Part shown: positions 63,065 to 64,000 of the stretch, piece by piece
Numbering within the stretch: position 1 is the first letter of the stretch
Layout: each line of letters opens with the position of its first letter
NCBI GenBank assembly: GCA_963710065.1
Contig: CAVPYU010000005.1
Location: 624,143-688,142 of the forward strand
Reading direction: 5' to 3'
Length of the DNA stretch: 64,000 nt
From: an uncultured Thermoleophilia bacterium
GTDB taxonomy: Bacteria > Actinomycetota > Thermoleophilia > Solirubrobacterales > CAVPYU01
Position numbers and translations under genes: made by a program
The notes under the pieces: model-generated
Databases searched by the model: none
The model's input: the letters and a program-made list of their open reading frames with translations, nothing else
Told to the model about the DNA's origin: nothing

Positions 63065-64000
63065 GGTATTCGCGGCGCCAGTCGACGAGAGACGAGCGCT
63101 GTACCGCTCTTTTGCCGAAGCGGTTCTCGATCTCGTCGCAGGCAAGGGCGAGGCGCAGGTCGCAGTCCTCATCGAATGAGAGTTGCATCCCGTTACGCAG
63201 GTTGCTCACCCGAACGCCTATGGCCGATGCCGGCCACGGCTTGACAAGGTGGGCGAACTTGTCCAGGGCCTTGCATGACGTCTCATAGATGGGCCCGGCA
63301 AGTGCGACCGGGCGATCCAGGGTCTTGCCCTCCCTCTTCGAGAAGGTGCGGTCAAAGCAGACCCAGGTGGTGACCGTCCTCCCCTCGAGGCCCTGGGTCC
63401 TGAGCCTTCTCGCAACCCCCTCCGCCAGACCCAACAGGTTCGTCTTCAACTCGCCGACATCGCTCACCCTGCGCAGGCTGGCGGAGTGGCCCACCGATCT
63501 CACCCTGCGGCGCTTGAACCCGGGATCGAGACGTCCTCCCCCCCCTCCCCGGCCGGCGCGCGACAGCGACCAGCCGTTGACACCGAAGCGCTTGACCAGC
63601 TTCAGGGGGTCGGCCTCGGCAAGGTCGGCTATGCGGTAGATGCCGAGCGCGGCGAGACTGCGTGCCGTCCGCTTGGCGATGCCCGGTATCACCGTGACCG
63701 GCTCACCGCGGAAGCGTTTGAGGAACCCTTCGCGCGAGCAGACCTCGGCCACCCCACCCGGCTTAACCGTCTCGGCGACCATCTTGGCCGAGCGCTTCGA
63801 GTAGCCGACGCCGACGGTTGCGGGCAGGTCGAAGCGCTCCCTAACCGTACGTTGCAACTCAGCGGCGGCAAAGAGCTCAAAGCCGAATCGGCGCCGGGGA
63901 TTGATCGCCTCGATAAAGAACTCATCGACGGACGCCGCCTCGGTATAGCCAAGGCCCTCGCAGATCCGGTAGACCCCCCGGCAGACGGCCAGGTACTTCT
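63036..64000 (-). CDS. dinB: Y-family DNA polymerase, copy 2, 5' end beyond the window
   Basis: The frame stays open to position 64000 (...KYLAVCRGVYRICEGLGYTEAASVDEFFIEAINPRRRFGFELF...). It is colinear with copy 1, and the track start at 63857 is internal. Confidence 0.85.
   Translation of the reverse strand, partial: KYLAVCRGVYRICEGLGYTEAASVDEFFIEAINPRRRFGFELFAAAELQRTVRERFDLPATVGVGYSKRSAKMVAETVKPGGVAEVCSREGFLKRFRGEPVTVIPGIAKRTARSLAALGIYRIADLAEADPLKLVKRFGVNGWSLSRAGRGGGGGRLDPGFKRRRVRSVGHSASLRRVSDVGELKTNLLGLAEGVARRLRTQGLEGRTVTTWVCFDRTFSKREGKTLDRPVALAGPIYETSCKALDKFAHLVKPWPASAIGVRVSNLRNGMQLSFDEDCDLRLALACDEIENRFGKRAVQRSSLVDWRREYHAVPRTEVS

Noticed and set aside
61602-63288. Several long alternative-frame and antisense ORFs lie in the dinB block (61602..62342 -, 62435..63244 +, 62187..62582 +, 62959..63288 + and others).
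   Set aside because: Their translations are Arg/Pro/Gly-rich, as is typical of off-frame reading of GC-rich coding DNA. The dinB frames carry the catalytic motifs.
1-64000. I looked across the whole window for CRISPR arrays, rRNA/tRNA genes, transposases, integrases, and phage or defence-system genes.
   Set aside because: I found no regularly spaced direct repeats, no rRNA- or tRNA-like sequence and no recombinase or defence-type protein in any ORF I read. Absence is based on visual inspection only.

Overview
This is a gene-dense 64-kb chromosomal segment with about 70 protein genes, mostly housekeeping. Several features suggest a moderate-GC Actinomycetota-like organism; this is inference from gene content only. 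They are GuaB3, a CysO/Mec/CysM/MoeZ-type cysteine pathway, an intein-containing SufB, a c-di-AMP riboswitch ahead of a cell-wall hydrolase, and an Flp/DUF4244-like pilin.

Gene order:
- 1-3.6 kb: ctaD (5' partial)-ctaA-ctaB plus small membrane ORFs.
- 3.7-9.5 kb: CBS protein, AraC regulator, GT4 glycosyltransferase, secreted proteins, alpha/beta hydrolase, HIT protein.
- 9.6-10.8 kb: M28 peptidase.
- 10.8-20.6 kb: a long minus-strand run of cca-alr-CBS-nnr-acpS-glmS-glmM-rpsI-rplM.
- 20.8-22.3 kb: ydaO-type c-di-AMP riboswitch plus M23 peptidase.
- 22.6-31.5 kb: minus-strand guaA-guaB3-pfkB-dac-LysM-pyrF-HU-two hypotheticals-rdgB-rph.
- 31.5-41.1 kb: Flp-like pilin, GT4, HDAC-like, nadB, a low-GC orphan ORF, hyuA/hyuB, gdh.
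- 41.3-43.3 kb: two tandem small paralogous ORFs, infA, a GGDEF protein.
- 43.9-46.8 kb: mec-cysM-cysO-moeZ-like.
- 47-55.3 kb: SCO1 and an Rrf2-sufC-sufS-sufU-Rieske-sufB(intein)-sufD operon.
- 55.3-61 kb: a membrane/cupredoxin cluster, a DipZ-like thioredoxin and duplicated secreted proteins.
- 61-64 kb: a SAM methyltransferase and two tandem, GC-rich dinB paralogues (the second runs off the window).

I recognised no rRNA, tRNA, CRISPR array, transposase or integrase.

Most notable observations:
- A pair of unannotated small ORFs whose core differs only by synonymous changes.
- A 131-nt multi-helix intergenic element.
- An S9 protein with a roughly 225-aa acidic extension.
- infA with ATC in place of the initiator codon.
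- A LAGLIDADG intein in sufB.
- A shared inverted-repeat motif in three promoter regions near the Rrf2 gene.
- Four genes (hyuB, sufB, DipZ-like, a secreted paralogue) each broken by a single frameshift. This may be assembly indel error rather than biology.

I did not find a clear multi-gene novel system. Start codons are hand-picked and uncertain by tens of nucleotides in several genes. No database search or folding computation was possible.
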